Origin: Eledone cirrhosa
Lineage: Eukaryota
Assembly (NCBI GenBank): GCA_964016885.1
Contig: OZ024751.1
Location: 18,662,001-18,726,000, forward strand
Direction: 5' to 3'
Length of the DNA: 64,000 nucleotides
Shown here: piece after piece, positions 15,452 to 30,495 of the stretch
Position numbering within the stretch: position 1 is the first letter of the stretch
Layout: every line of letters starts with the position of its first letter
Notes under the pieces: model-generated
What the model was told of the DNA's origin: nothing
Database searches by the model: none
What the model saw: the letters and a program-made list of their open reading frames with translations, nothing else
Position numbers and translations under genes: made by a program

Positions 15452-15919
15452 CATGGGGGACATCATATGATTGCAGCTGTCTCCTATGGAAGACGAAGAT
15501 TGAAAATGATAAATGGGATATGTCAGAATTAGGAAAAATAGAAAACTTGTTAAATTGGAAATGTCAACAGCAGTAAATGTTTAAGTATGTGATCACGGGT
15601 TCGATTACTCTCTTAAGACATTTTTTGTCTTTATATTATTTTTCATTTTTTTAAAACTTTTTTTCCCTTATCGGTTTCATGTTTCCTTTTAGCTATTCCT
15701 GTTGAGCTTATTGTTTCATATTTTCCTTCTTAACGAAAATCGAATATAGGTCGATATTGTGAGACATCTATTGACAATATAAGATTTGGAAAGGGGGGTG
15801 AGTTTTTTTATTCATATTGTATTTTTTATTTGCGTTTACGTCTTTGAATTTCTTTTTGTCACTAAGAAATTTGAGGTTTTAGTTGTCTTGATGCTCTTTG
15901 TGTCATTCACACACACACA

Positions 15920-16016
<97 letters not shown>

Positions 16017-16040
16017 AAATATAGGTGCGTTTATTGTATG

Positions 16041-16073
<33 letters not shown>

Positions 16074-16331
16074 AAATATAGGTGCGTTTATTGTATGTAT
16101 ATTTACATGTGTGTGTGTGTGTGTATAAATATATAAATATATATATATGATCTTGCTTTGATGCATCCGATATATCGCAACTCTATCTCATTTGAATCTC
16201 TACACTTGAATTGCTTCCAGATGGTTTTATTCTGCCTTTCTCTACTACACCTCTCTTTCTCTCTCCCCCTCTCTCTCGCTCGCTCGCTCACACTCTTTCT
16301 CTCACGCACTTTGTCTCTCTCAATATGCTTC

Positions 16332-16387
<56 letters not shown>

Positions 16388-16657
16388 GTCTATCGACTAT
16401 TTACGGACTCGTTAGATTGTTAGTCCTATCTAAGAGTAGACTTATTTACCTATTCGGACTAAAGAGTGCAAGGAAATCATTGTATTCAGAAATACTGGTT
16501 TAGTATAACGAAAATCTCTGGCATGTCTTCGTTTAGAGTCCATTCATTGTAATGTAAGGCTCTACGACGAACAGTTATCTCACGTGGAATGCTTCCATCG
16601 GTCAACCTGTTCTCTCGAGACTATCGACATGTCCGATCTCATTTTATTGTTATATAT

Positions 16658-16870
16658 GTGGAGGCGCGTGGCTGAGTGGTTAGAGAATTGGATTCGCAAT
16701 CGTGAGGTTGTGAGTTCGATTCCCGGACCAGGCGATGCGTTATGTCCTTAAGCAAGACACTTTATTTCACGTTGCTCCTTCTACCAGGAGTTGCGACCGA
16801 TAGAGAGTATTAGCAATTAGAAAGACCAATGGAAACATTGGTCTTCCTAGGTCCGATTTGACAAAAATGT
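16658..16870 (+). mobile_element. SINE family B (A-like tRNA head and core, different tail); also 17410-17530 (-)
   Basis: tggctgagtggttagag...gagttcgattcc...caagacactttatttcac followed by gttgctccttctaccaggag...ggtccgatttg. Confidence 0.8.
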
Positions 16871-17528
16871 CGATCGACTGTCGATTGTTATATATACATT
16901 ACATATACATACATTCGAGACATATATAATATTCAATTTATTTTCTTGTCATATATAATCATACACACTTTTTATATACATTCAAGTTATATACATTCAA
17001 GTGATAATATATATTAATCGATTTATGTCCTTGTCTCACGTTGTTATGTATACATTTATTCAAGGTAACATTCGATTTATTTTCTTATTCTAAAGTGTTG
17101 TTGCTATTCATTATCTCTGCCATTCATATTTTGTTGTTGGGGATTTCACGAAGCCATTATGAAAGATCGAAGCATTGCAGTAAAAATGTTAAAAGTGGGC
17201 CCCAGAGAATTCCCCTACATTGAGGTCTACAGTACAGAGAATTTTGTTTCCCATTAAAGTTGAAACTAGGACCAATAGGTTTGATGGTTTTCCTGTTGAT
17301 ATGTATATATATATATGTGTGTGTACACATGTATATATATATATATATATATATTCAAAATTATTCATGCAGGCATTTCCTGAAACTATATATAATATAT
17401 ATATATCGATGGACTTTCGTCAAATCGGACCGAGGAAACAATGTTTCCGTAGGTCTTTGCAGTTGCTAGTACTATCTATTGGTCGCAACTCCAGGTAGAA
17501 GGAGCAACGTGAAATAAAGTGCCTTGCT

Positions 17529-17586
<58 letters not shown>

Positions 17587-17591
<5 letters not shown>

Positions 17592-17780
17592 AACCAGTAA
17601 GACCCCGACAGCTGAGCTCAAGCCGTTTCGACGGCTAATTCTGGACAGAATTAGCCGTCGAAACGGCTTGAGCTCAGCTGTCGGGGTCTTACTGGTTCCT
17701 ATTACCCACTCTACTACCTCAAGTATTGAGTACTTTGGTGCGTTATGGTCCACCTGGTTCCTTACCACATTTCCTTCGTT
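17587..17780. mobile_element. Hairpin element H5 (perfect arms of about 57 bp, 2-nt loop) plus tail
   Basis: ataggaaccag...aattctg GA cagaatt...ctggttcctat, (TA)n flanks; homolog in opposite orientation at 57210-57413. Confidence 0.7.
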
Positions 17781-18046
17781 ATATATATATATATATATAT
17801 ACAAATTTTAGTACAGCATTAACGAAGCTTTAGTTTGCGGCCAAGCTAACGAATGCAAATTCGGTATGTAGCTTTAGCACTCGAATGGGAATAGTACCCC
17901 AGAGTAAGAATAATACGTTTAGACAGCTTAGCAAATCAAATATAGCGATCGGTAGTCCAGCCGCATTACCACAGCAACGAAAATACAGGACTCAGGAAAA
18001 GATTTTAGACTGACCTGGTCAGAACGCTGGGACCGAATGCAACATA

Positions 18047-18232
18047 TAATTGTTTCTACTTTAGGCACAAGGCCAGCAATTACCCAGTGCATTACTGGTA
18101 CTTTATTTTATCGACCCCGTAAGGATGAAAGGCAAAGTCAACCTCGGCGGGATTTGAACTCAGATCGTAAAGGGACGTAACTATGCTGGAAAGCATGGCG
18201 TCCGACCCTCTACCGATACTGCCAATCCACCG
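18047..18232 (-). mobile_element. SINE family C
   Basis: Full-length reverse copy. Confidence 0.85.
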
Positions 18233-18658
18233 ATGCAACATATAATGCATATCGTATAGCACACGATATACATCACATACAGCACAACACAACATCAGCG
18301 CTACGATTCTGCAAATCCAAGATCGACAAATTCCGCTTGCAGGGGTCTGCAAGTTAATGGTTTTTTGGCGACAGAACAAAGGATTTACTTCTTCAGCAAG
18401 TGTTCTTTAGCCTCTGCGGGTATGTTCTAGCAGTGAATTTCGCTATAGACACGTGGTTTTCTCCAAAGGAGGTAACCCCCGATAGCAAGTGTTAGAAAGT
18501 AAGGTAATACAAACAAGAGATGGAGAGTTTCCCTTCATCAGTTGTCTACTACTTAGTACCAGTAATACACTGGGTAATTGCAGACCTTGTGCCAAAAAGT
18601 AGAAACAATTATTATCTTTTGTACGACGAGAGAATTTCGTAACCTTGATTTTTGTTTT

Positions 18659-18712
<54 letters not shown>

Positions 18713-18875
18713 ATATAAACTAAGTTTGCATGTATCGGAAATGATTACTTAGAAGGACATAAAAGACAAAGAGAGGAAATAGGAAAACCTTGATCGACAA
18801 CAAAACGTTTTATTCAAACAAGTGTTGGTTCCAGTCTAAAATCTGAAGATACTCTCAATCAAGAAACACCGAATT

Positions 18876-18922
<47 letters not shown>

Positions 18923-18998
18923 CATATATATGTATATATATATATATATATATACATACATACATGTATGTGAGTGTGTGTTTATATATATGTATATG

Positions 18999-19044
<46 letters not shown>

Positions 19045-20251
19045 AGTGTGATTGAAAGGAAAATATACATTAGTTATATACGATAATTAGATGAGAAAAT
19101 ACACAAGTGGATTATAAAACAAAACAGAATGTGAAACATATTTTATTGATAAGATTTCCCTAATCAGCTTCTATCGATGAGGACAGAATATGAAAATGCC
19201 GATGACAAAACAGAAAAAAAAAAAATGTTAAGACGATGTCGAAGACCAAGAAGGTAATAGCTATAAAATAGATAGTTATTCCTAACAGATCTTAATACAC
19301 TTAAGAAAGTGATGCAAGCGACAAATGTGATTTATCATTTCTATCAATGTAGACATGGATGTTGTAAACGTCGTGATGCAAATGGTTTCAAAGGTCAAAC
19401 TTGCACAAATCTTTCCCCGAAGGCTGACTATGCATCTACAACAAGGAGGATGTATTTAGCTGTCAAAAATAGGATAAGAAAGACATTTTGCCTTCAGCCA
19501 GCCAGCCATCGTCGTCTTTAACGACTACTCGTACTTGTTGTTGTTGTTGTTGTTGCTGTTGCTGTCGTTGTCGTTGTTGTGTCTTCTTCTTCTTCTTCTT
19601 CTTCTTCTGTCTTGTCTTCTTCTCCGTCGTCATTATCATCATCACCACCACCAACAATGTCCTCCTCTTCTTATTCGTCAACACCATTGCGATCAATATC
19701 AATGGTGTTGTAGCTAATACCTTCACTCACTGGTGACGCTGTTTGATGCAGTCAGGTAAAACATACACATTGGTCGTAGTACAAAAGAACCACACATATA
19801 TATATATATATATATATATGGTTACCCCTAATTGAACTCGGGACTGATATATATATATATATTATAAAATAGCAGGAGGCTGGACTGGTGTAAATCCTTG
19901 AAAGCTTTATTATACTATGATCATTTCAATGACCGGGTTCAGCGTGAATCCTGTGACACCATCAGGTATTCAAAATATAACAAAGGAATATAACAGATAA
20001 AATCCATGGGGCTGAAAATAAGAGACAAGAGGACGACCGACTATTTAGCAGCTTCTACCTCAGTCGGCCGCCCTCCTGTTATTTTATAATAATTAACTCC
20101 GTACTCGCACCCACAACTACACAAACGAAGACGGGTGAGTTGCATTACGTTGAGTGCTCTCCGTAGTATTACATCGAGGTTGACTATACGGAATGACCAG
20201 TTCTATCTAGTGGTGAACCAACACACCTAAATAAATATATATATATATATT

Positions 20252-20490
20252 GTCCCGGGTTCAATCGGGGGTAACCACAGTAAGTGAATTACTCAATACA
20301 TTAGTAGAGTATATACAGAATTTAATATAGAAATGGCTTCTACAAGACTAGAGCTTTCATTTGAACGATCCTGATCAGTTCTTTCGAATAAAATATTTCT
20401 AGTCCTATAGTCTATATTAAATCCTGTATATACTCTATTCATACATTGAGTACTTCACTTACTGTGGTTCCCTCTGATTGAACCCGGGAC
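20252..20490. mobile_element. Diverged palindromic H1 element
   Basis: gtcccgggttcaatcgggggtaaccacagtaagtgaattactcaat ... attgagtacttcacttactgtggttccctctgattgaacccgggac with a decayed hammerhead core (ctgatca...aaaa). Confidence 0.65.
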
Positions 20491-20541
20491 TCACATCTTT
20501 TTTAGCACCTAACCGTGCCCGTTTCAACCATCACCAAGAAA

Positions 20542-20578
<37 letters not shown>

Positions 20579-20581
<3 letters not shown>

Positions 20582-20913
20582 TCATCATCATTTTACGTCC
20601 ACTTTTCCCTGCTTGCAAGGGTGGGACGGTAACTGATTCTGGCTTGATTTCTACAGCTGGATGCCCTTCCTAACACCAACCTCATTTACAGTGAGTGCTG
20701 GGTGCTTTTTTGCAGTGGCACCTCCACGACCACTTTACAGTGGAATGATAGGCACACCAGTCCCTATCATCTCATTTCTACAGCTGAGTAAACTGGAGCA
20801 ATGTGAAATAAAGTGTCTTGCTCAAGGAAACAACACATCACCCGGTCTGAGAATTGAACTCACAACCTTTCGATTGCAAGGCCAATGCTCTAACCACTAA
20901 GCCATGTGCCTCC
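20579..20913 (-). mobile_element. SINE family A
   Basis: Near-identical to 29461-29795. Confidence 0.85.
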
Positions 20914-20945
<32 letters not shown>

Positions 20946-20988
20946 ATATATGTGTATATATATATATATGTGTATATATATATATATA

Positions 20989-21069
<81 letters not shown>

Positions 21070-21090
21070 ATATATATGTATATATATATA

Positions 21091-21458
21091 TATATATTAA
21101 TAAAAGAAATTCCAACTTTGTCTGATTTACTCGTTTTATTTACAATCCTTTAAAATTATAATGATATTATAATGAAATAGTATGGTAGAATATTAGATGT
21201 TAAATGTTAATTGAACAAGTACTTTCATGCTTTCGCAATCTTCAGGTTCACATTAAGTGGTGACGGAAAATTGCAAACTTGACTGTCACCACTGAATATG
21301 AACCTGAAGATTGCGAAAGCATGAAAGTACTTGTTCAATTAACATTTAACATTTAATATTCTACCATACTATTTCATTATAATATCATTATAATTTTAAA
21401 GGATTGTAAATAAAACGAGTAAATCAGACAAAGTTGGAATTCCTTTTATTAATATAAT
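21091..21458. mobile_element. Long inverted repeat element H2 (about 175-bp arms, 20-nt spacer) with a hammerhead motif in each arm
   Basis: 21091-21264 is the near-perfect reverse complement of 21285-21458; the left end abuts a (TA)n tract. Confidence 0.75.
21299..21337 (+). ncRNA. Minimal type I hammerhead ribozyme motif (family H2); mirror copy on - strand at 21212-21250
   Basis: tgaac-CTGAAGA-t tgc gaaa gca t-GAAA-gtac-TT-gttca. Stem II has a GAAA tetraloop, stem III is the palindrome AGTACT, cleavage triplet CUU. Confidence 0.7.
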
Positions 21459-22384
21459 CTTCTATACACAATCATATACACCCGTGTATATTTATATATA
21501 TATATATATATATAATGTTTACACTGGATTGAATCGGGGGGTAACCACAGTAAGTAAGGTACTCAATACATAACAGAGTATAAATATTTAATATAGAAAT
21601 GGCTTCTACAGGACTAGAACTGTTTCATTCAGGAGAAATCATTATATATATATATATATGACCCCGTCATCTGATCTGACTTGTCTCATAACGGGACAAC
21701 CCATTTAACCCATGGTTGCGTGGGAAAATGGACGTTCAACAGTGATGATGATATATTTATATATATCACAAGATGGCATTGCTTGGGGAACCATCTCTGA
21801 TACTCTGGAAGCTTTTAGAATATGACTAAGGTACAGAAAGAGGGTAAGAGATGGGTTAATATGTATGTGCACATTTCGGTGTTAGAATCAGTAAATTTGA
21901 AATTAGAGAACGGAAAGTTGTATGCACTGTTGATAAATGTATTTACATAATGTATGTTTGTAAATATGCTTGCGTTAATTTTATTTATATATGTATGCCT
22001 GCAAGTATGTAACTTTGTATAGTCTATGCATGTATGCATATACATATATATATATATATGACTCTACGCATGTACGTATAGATGGAATGAGGTGTGTATA
22101 TATGTGTATGCATGTATATATTATTGTATGTATTTATGTATGAGTATGTGTGCATATGTATTTGTGTGTGTGTGTGTGTGTGTGCATATTTGTGACAAAG
22201 TTCGAAGTTTTACGTGTATACATGTATATAGAGAAGTGTGTGTGTGTGTGTGTGTGAGGGATAGATGGAGAAAAAGGAGTAGAATGGAGAGGGAGAGGGA
22301 AGGAGAGACAGAGTTAGGAAGAGAGAGAGAGAGAAGGGTAGAGAGGTGGTCAGAGAAAGTTCGAGAAAGGGAAAGAGAAAGAGA

Positions 22385-22452
22385 TGTTTGTGTGTATTGG
22401 TGGTTGTTTGCAGGCAAAATATGAATGTGTAAGAGTATGTTTTTGAGTGAGA

Positions 22453-22487
<35 letters not shown>

Positions 22488-22671
22488 GTTTGTATGTATT
22501 TGTGATTGTTTGCAGCTAGGCATAAGTGTGTGTGTTTGAGAGAGAGAGAGAGAGTGAGAGAGAGATAGAGAGATAGTCATTTGTTGTATGTTTTTGTGAT
22601 TGTTTGCAGTCAGGCATAAATGTGTGTGTTTGGGTGAGAGTTAGAGAGAGAATGAGGGTGAGAGAGAGAGA

Positions 22672-22706
<35 letters not shown>

Positions 22707-22892
22707 TCGTTTGTATGTATTTGTGATTGTTTGCAGCTAGGCATAAGTGTGTGTGTTTGAGAGAGAGAGAGAGAGTGAGAGAGAGATAGAGAGATAGTCA
22801 TTTGTTGTATGTTTTTGTGATTGTTTGCAGTCAGGCATAAATGTGTGTGTTTGGGTGAGAGTTAGAGAGAGAATGAGGGTGAGAGAGAGAGA

Positions 22893-22927
<35 letters not shown>

Positions 22928-23112
22928 TCGTTTGTATGTATTTGTGATTGTTTGCAGCTAGGCATAAGTGTGTGTGTTTGGGTGAGAGTTAGAGAGAGAA
23001 TGGGGGTGAGAGAGGGAAAGAGAGAGACAGAGAGTTGAAGGGAGAGAAAGGGTGAGAATGAGAGAGTTGCAGAGAGAGGTGGTGTTTGTATGTATTTGTG
23101 ACTGTTTGCAGC
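22385..23112. repeat. Compound tandem repeat (tttgtatgtatttgtgattgtttgcag plus GA/GT tracts)
   Basis: Alternating subunits repeated as a higher-order unit of about 220-240 bp. Confidence 0.8.
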
Positions 23113-23609
23113 TCAGCTGTGAATGAATGTAGTTTATAGCTTTATAATAAACTTCATTTTCATTGAATCTATAACATGAATAGATGATAGGTGCTATATA
23201 ATATATAATATAATAAACCTCATTTCTACACACCACACCCACTATATATACACACACACACATATATATATATAAATACATATATATATATAAACATATA
23301 TATATGTGTGTATATATATATACATATATATATATAAATGTGTATATATATATACATATATATATATAAATGTGTATATATATATATACACATATATATG
23401 TGTGTGTATTGTGTGTATATATATATATATACACATATATATATGTGTATATATATATATGTGTATATATATATATATATATATAAACATATATATATGT
23501 GTGTGTGTGTATATATATACACATATATATGTGTGTATATATATATTTACATATATATATGTGTGTGTGTATGTATATATTTATATGTGTATATGTATGT
23601 ATATATATA

Positions 23610-23677
<68 letters not shown>

Positions 23678-23800
23678 ATATTATATATACACCATATTAT
23701 ATATATGTAAATATTTGTATATGTGTGTATGTTTGTGTTTGCGAGAATGTGTGTGTAAAAGCGCCTTTAATGTATTTATGCATACATATATGTATATATG

Positions 23801-23840
<40 letters not shown>

Positions 23841-24299
23841 AATGTACGTAATAGAGAACCCTCTAATAAAAACAGCTTAGAAAGCAAATATTTGCGTATT
23901 TAGCTGAGAAAAGAAGGTAGGTAACTCAACGTTTAGGCAGCAAACGTTTTTAGATTCATATGAAAAGATGAAACCAACTCATTGCAGAGTGGTTTCTCAT
24001 ATTAGAATTAATTCGTCTCTCTCTTAAAACATAAGCAACTTATTAAATAAACAACACTGTTTTATAACCCTCAATAATAACAGCAAGATTGGCGATATAT
24101 AGAGTTGAGGATGGTTGTATTCTGGTGGGGTTGGTTGTGTGTGCAGGGTGTAATGATTGTAGTGGTGGTGGTGGTGGTGTTGGGACTGGTGCTGGTGGAG
24201 GAAGTGGTGTTGGTATGTTTAGTGCAGATGTTGATGTTGGATGTGGTGAATGTGTTGATGAAGGTGGCGGTGGGTAGTGGTTGGTTTTGTACATATTGT

Positions 24300-24330
<31 letters not shown>

Positions 24331-24658
24331 GAGGAGATAATGATGCTGAAAGTGATGTTGGGGATGATGGTGGTGGTGGTGGTTGTGGTGGTGGTGGTTG
24401 TGGTGGTGGTGGTTGTGGTTGTAAAGCTTACATAGTACGAGAGTATCTATGTAAGTATGTGTATGGATGCATTATGTATGTATGTATGTATGTACGTATA
24501 TATGTGTGTATATGTATGTAGCTGCGTATGTATTTATGTATCTATGTATGTGTATATGTAAGCACTCATGCATGTACATAATGTGTATTTTGCACTGAAA
24601 TAGAGACAAAGGAAAACGCGAATTGCCGATGCTTATTACATGAAATACTGCAAATTAT

Positions 24659-24978
24659 AGACAAATTTATTTCCAGCAATCACCCATTCATCTCTTCTAA
24701 ATTTTACAAAATACAAAGTTAGACACAAAGCCCGTGAATCATCCTCTAAGTGACCGCTCTATCTGCTAGAAATAGTAGCCAAATCCTCTTCAAACTATAC
24801 ATACTTTAACAGGATTATAAGACAGATTTATTTCCAGCAATCACCCATTCATCTCTTCTAAATTTTACAAAATACAAAGGAAGACACAAAGCCCGTGAAT
24901 GGTCCTCTAAGTGACCGCTCTATCTGCTAGAAGCAGCAGCCAAATCCACATCAAACTATACACACTTTACCAGGATTA
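24659..24978. repeat. About 162-bp direct tandem duplication
   Basis: atttatttccagcaatcacccattcatctc...caggatta occurs twice. Confidence 0.85.
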
Positions 24979-25488
24979 CGTTTGAGAGGAATATCTATGA
25001 TCATTTCACTTGCTTGATATAACAACTGATGTCCATTCGAATCACACTCCTCGTCGTAAAAAAAAAAATAAAAAAATAAAAAAAAAGAATGTGTTTGATG
25101 GAAGCCTCTTCCTGTTTATATCTTCTGCTAAAAATGGCAACCAAATCTCTCACGAATCATATTCTCTCCAAGTAGAACTACGAGGAAAGACTTTCATGTC
25201 GTGATCATATCATACGGTCTTTGTTTATGCTATGTAGGATGCGTGTCTATGTGTGTGGTTAGGGGAGTGAGGATGAGTTATGTGTCTTGGTGTGTTAAAA
25301 TAAGTAACAGAAATAGCAGTCTTAATATATAGTTGAATATATATGTTTATTATCACAGAATACATTGATTACTTACTTGAGTTCCGTCTTGAAAATCATC
25401 AGAGGCTTCCTTACTTTGATGAATCGAATGATGAAACACCTGCAAATATTCTATTACACACACACACACATCAATGACTCTCTCTCTC

Positions 25489-25830
<342 letters not shown>

Positions 25831-26209
25831 TTTTATAGTGAGCAAAGGCACTGCACAAAGCCAGTCTCACTCTCTTAACCAAGATGATATTTACCAAAAA
25901 GAAGAACAAGTCAACATCATTGGATACCATCAGGGTTGCAGGTGTTATATCAGAGTTTTCCTTCTCCTAGAATTCTGCCTTGACAAAGGCTAAGGGGTCA
26001 TCTCTCCCGGTAATTTTGGATGGCCATTGACTCTTAAGAGCTCCTTTGCCCTTTGACAGGTTTTGTTTTTAGTCCTGCAGGATGTCCAAAGTCACCCTCC
26101 TCACCAAGAAACCTTAGTGGGGTTGCCAGTTTAGTCGCCAACGACCCGACCATGGGACAGGTTGTACTGGGATACATGTTACCAGTAGCACCAAGTGGTG
26201 ACCTGACAT

Positions 26210-27040
<831 letters not shown>

Positions 27041-27042
27041 CT

Positions 27043-27262
27043 GTGAAGGCACGTGGCTGAGTGGAAAGAGAATTGGACTCTTAATCCTGAGGTTGTGAGT
27101 TCGATTCCTGGACCGGGCGATGAGTTATGTCCTTGGGCAAGACACTTTATTTCACGGTGCTCCTTCTACTTGGAGTACGACCGATAGATAGTATTAGCAA
27201 TTGGAAAGACCAATGGAAACATTGTTTCCTCGGTCCGATTTGTCGAAAGCCAATCGAATGTC
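27043..27262 (+). mobile_element. SINE family B
   Basis: Colinear with 16658-16870. Confidence 0.8.
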
Positions 27263-27267
27263 ACATA

Positions 27268-27337
<70 letters not shown>

Positions 27338-27876
27338 ACGTTTATATATGTAAATATACAGATTAGGTAACCGAGACTGTGACAATGTGTATATAATATA
27401 TAATTATACCCCTTTTTAATATGTACAGGTGTAAACATGTCAGGAACTACGAACTTCCCCGTAAAATATGAAACATGATGAACAACTTTAATCGATTTTC
27501 GGAACTAATTGGCTCTTCATCAGACAAGGAAACCTATTTGATAGGCATATATACCCATTCATTCTTAGTATTATTATGAAATGGGCACGCTAATTTGCAT
27601 ATGTATGGTATGTAAAGTAGTTAATACTGTCTGTCCTCAAAGTTTGACTATAGTAGGTCATATACTATTTGTGAAAGGAATCAAGCTCACCACCTCCCCA
27701 GGTTATGTCCTAAATATCTCTCTTACACAAAATGTCGTCGAACTTCTCTTAGTACGTGGGATTTGTAAATATTTAAACTCATGTATATATACATACATAT
27801 ATACGTCTGTATTTATATCTGTCTCCCTATCTATGTATCCATCTCTCTCTCTCTCTCTCACTCTCACTCTCTCTCG

Positions 27877-27940
<64 letters not shown>

Positions 27941-27947
27941 GCATGTC

Positions 27948-27984
<37 letters not shown>

Positions 27985-28009
27985 GAGTGTATATATATAT
28001 ATATATATG

Positions 28010-28163
<154 letters not shown>

Positions 28164-28198
28164 AGTGTATATATGTATATATATATATATATATGTGA

Positions 28199-28235
<37 letters not shown>

Positions 28236-28574
28236 AGTGTATATATGTATATATATGTGTATATATGTATATATATATATAAATATCAATTTCGTTTTTG
28301 CCAAGCTAGTCACCCACGTCGTTCTCTCTACCTATACTTCCTCTTACACAGCTCCTGCTCTCCCCATCTTCCTCCACCTTGCTCTCTACAGCTGGCTTCC
28401 CAACACTCCGTCTGACATCCTCGTACCCCACCTAACCTCACCTCACCTCACCTCACCTCACCTTACCTCACTCCTGCCACCATTATCGCCCCGTGGGTAT
28501 CAATTTACACTTCAAACCTATTCCATCACCATCGCCTTCCACCACCTCTCCAACAAACACACACATATATTTAT

Positions 28575-28683
<109 letters not shown>

Positions 28684-29460
28684 CACACACAGAATACTAC
28701 ATATATAGATGTACAAGCGCGTACACACATACAAATATATACACTGAGCTAAACACATACACACACACACACACAGAAGTTAACAGTGATAATTGCCGTT
28801 CTATAAACATGTCTGAATCTCTAATTCTATTTAATTTATGACATCAATAAACATAAATATGGCTGACATTACGCTAAACGAACATTATTATGGTTGTACT
28901 ATACACACACAGCACCAGCAACAATATTACGACGGCAAACACCAGCAGTATGCCATCATTTCACTACAATTTGTAATCTGCATCTACCATCATTCCAACA
29001 CTTGTATATCACCTATCGCCATACGACCGCCACTCCACTGTAGCCTCTCCACTGCTCGACCGTTTGCACCACAATAGGCCATAATATTACCATCGCGTTA
29101 ACTACAACACCATAACAACTACCACAACCATTTATTTATCTATTTATATCTATTTTCCTGTCTATATATATATATATATTTTCCTGTCGTCACCTAATTC
29201 TTTAATATTTAACTTTTATGTTCCACTTCATGTTTTACTTTTATCTCTCTTTTCTCGCTAACTGCGCCCTCACTCCTTCTCGTAGTTTCTCCCCCTCCCC
29301 CACTTTCCTGATGAAGGGTTTATGCCCGAAACGTCGCAATTACACCCGCCCCCTCTCGCTAAGCGTGAAACTAATAATATTCGTATTATTAGTTTCACGT
29401 TTGTCTGGGGTTGTTTTTTTTTGGGGGGGGGGGGGTTATCTGATATTCCGAACTATATAT

Positions 29461-29795
29461 ATCATGATTTCATTTTACGTCCGCTTTTCCCTGCTTGCAA
29501 GGGTGGGACGGGAACTGATTCTGGCTTGATTTCTACAGCTGGATGCCCTTCCTAACACCAACCTCATTTACAGTGAGTGCTGGGTGCTTTTTTGCCATGG
29601 CACCTCCACGACCACTTTGCAGTGGAATGATAGGGATCCCAGTCCCGATCATCTCATTTCTACAGCTGAGTAAACTGGAGCAATGTGAAATAAAGTGTCT
29701 TGCTCAAGGAAACAACACATCACCCGGTCTGAGAATTGAACTCACAACCTTTCGATTGCAAGGTCAATGCTCTAACCACTAAGCCACGTGCCTCC
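29461..29795 (-). mobile_element. SINE family A
   Basis: Full-length copy about 185 bp upstream of the LIM2 exon. Confidence 0.85.
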
Positions 29796-29980
29796 ATAAA
29801 GTGTCGGGACACGATGGCTGAGCTCCTGCCGTTTCCACAGGTAGTTCCTGATTGATATATAGTATGGTATATTACAGTATAGTATAGAATAGTTTTGATA
29901 GATTTTTATGTATTTATGTAAATCCATGTCATATCTTTTATATATATTTTATTTTATTTTATTTTTCATTTTTTTTTCAG

Positions 29981-30321
29981 ATTATTCGGTACAAAATGTG
30001 CCAAATGCGGTTTGGGATTTAGTCGAAACGATTTTGTTATGCGTGCCAAAAGTAAAATCTACCATATTGACTGTTTTCGGTGTGTCGCATGCAGCCGTCA
30101 GCTGATACCAGGAGACGAGTTTGCACTGAGGGAAGACGGACTTTTCTGCAAGTCGGATCACGATGTTGTCGAGAGAGCATCTTCCGTGAACCAAAACGGA
30201 AATTCAGGCGGTGTAACAGATGCCAATGGCAACACGACATCAAGCAACAATAACTTGCATTCCAATGGGAGTTCTAACAGCAGCGGAGAAGGACGTATGG
30301 GACAGGGATTACAGATGGCTG
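29981..30321 (+). CDS. isl1: Islet LIM-homeobox gene, internal exon encoding LIM2 domain and linker
   Basis: Acceptor tttttttcag|A, donor G|gtaag (phase 1). Translation (R)[66 protein letters not shown]...LQMA closely matches the Islet LIM2 domain. Confidence 0.97.
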
Positions 30322-30495
30322 GTAAGAAGAAAACAGGAATAACAGAATTACGGAATGAAAGAATAAATGAATGAATGAATGGATGAGTGATTTTCATTCA
30401 TATTTCTCTCCATAAATGTAAAACAAAACAGAACAGTTTTTGTTTTTTTTATTATTTTTTATATAAAATGGTTCAAAGAAATCAAATTGACTTAA

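Noticed and set aside
16658-16730. tRNA gene-like sequence
   Set aside because: SINE head continuing into core and tail; no clean cloverleaf acceptor stem.
18525-18545. CTGATGA on the minus strand
   Set aside because: No properly spaced stem II, GAAA and stem III follow; chance or too decayed.
20661-20900. Recurrent MPFLTPTSFTVS... ORF family (also 2585, 29543, 36652)
   Set aside because: Antisense reading of SINE family A, not a gene family.
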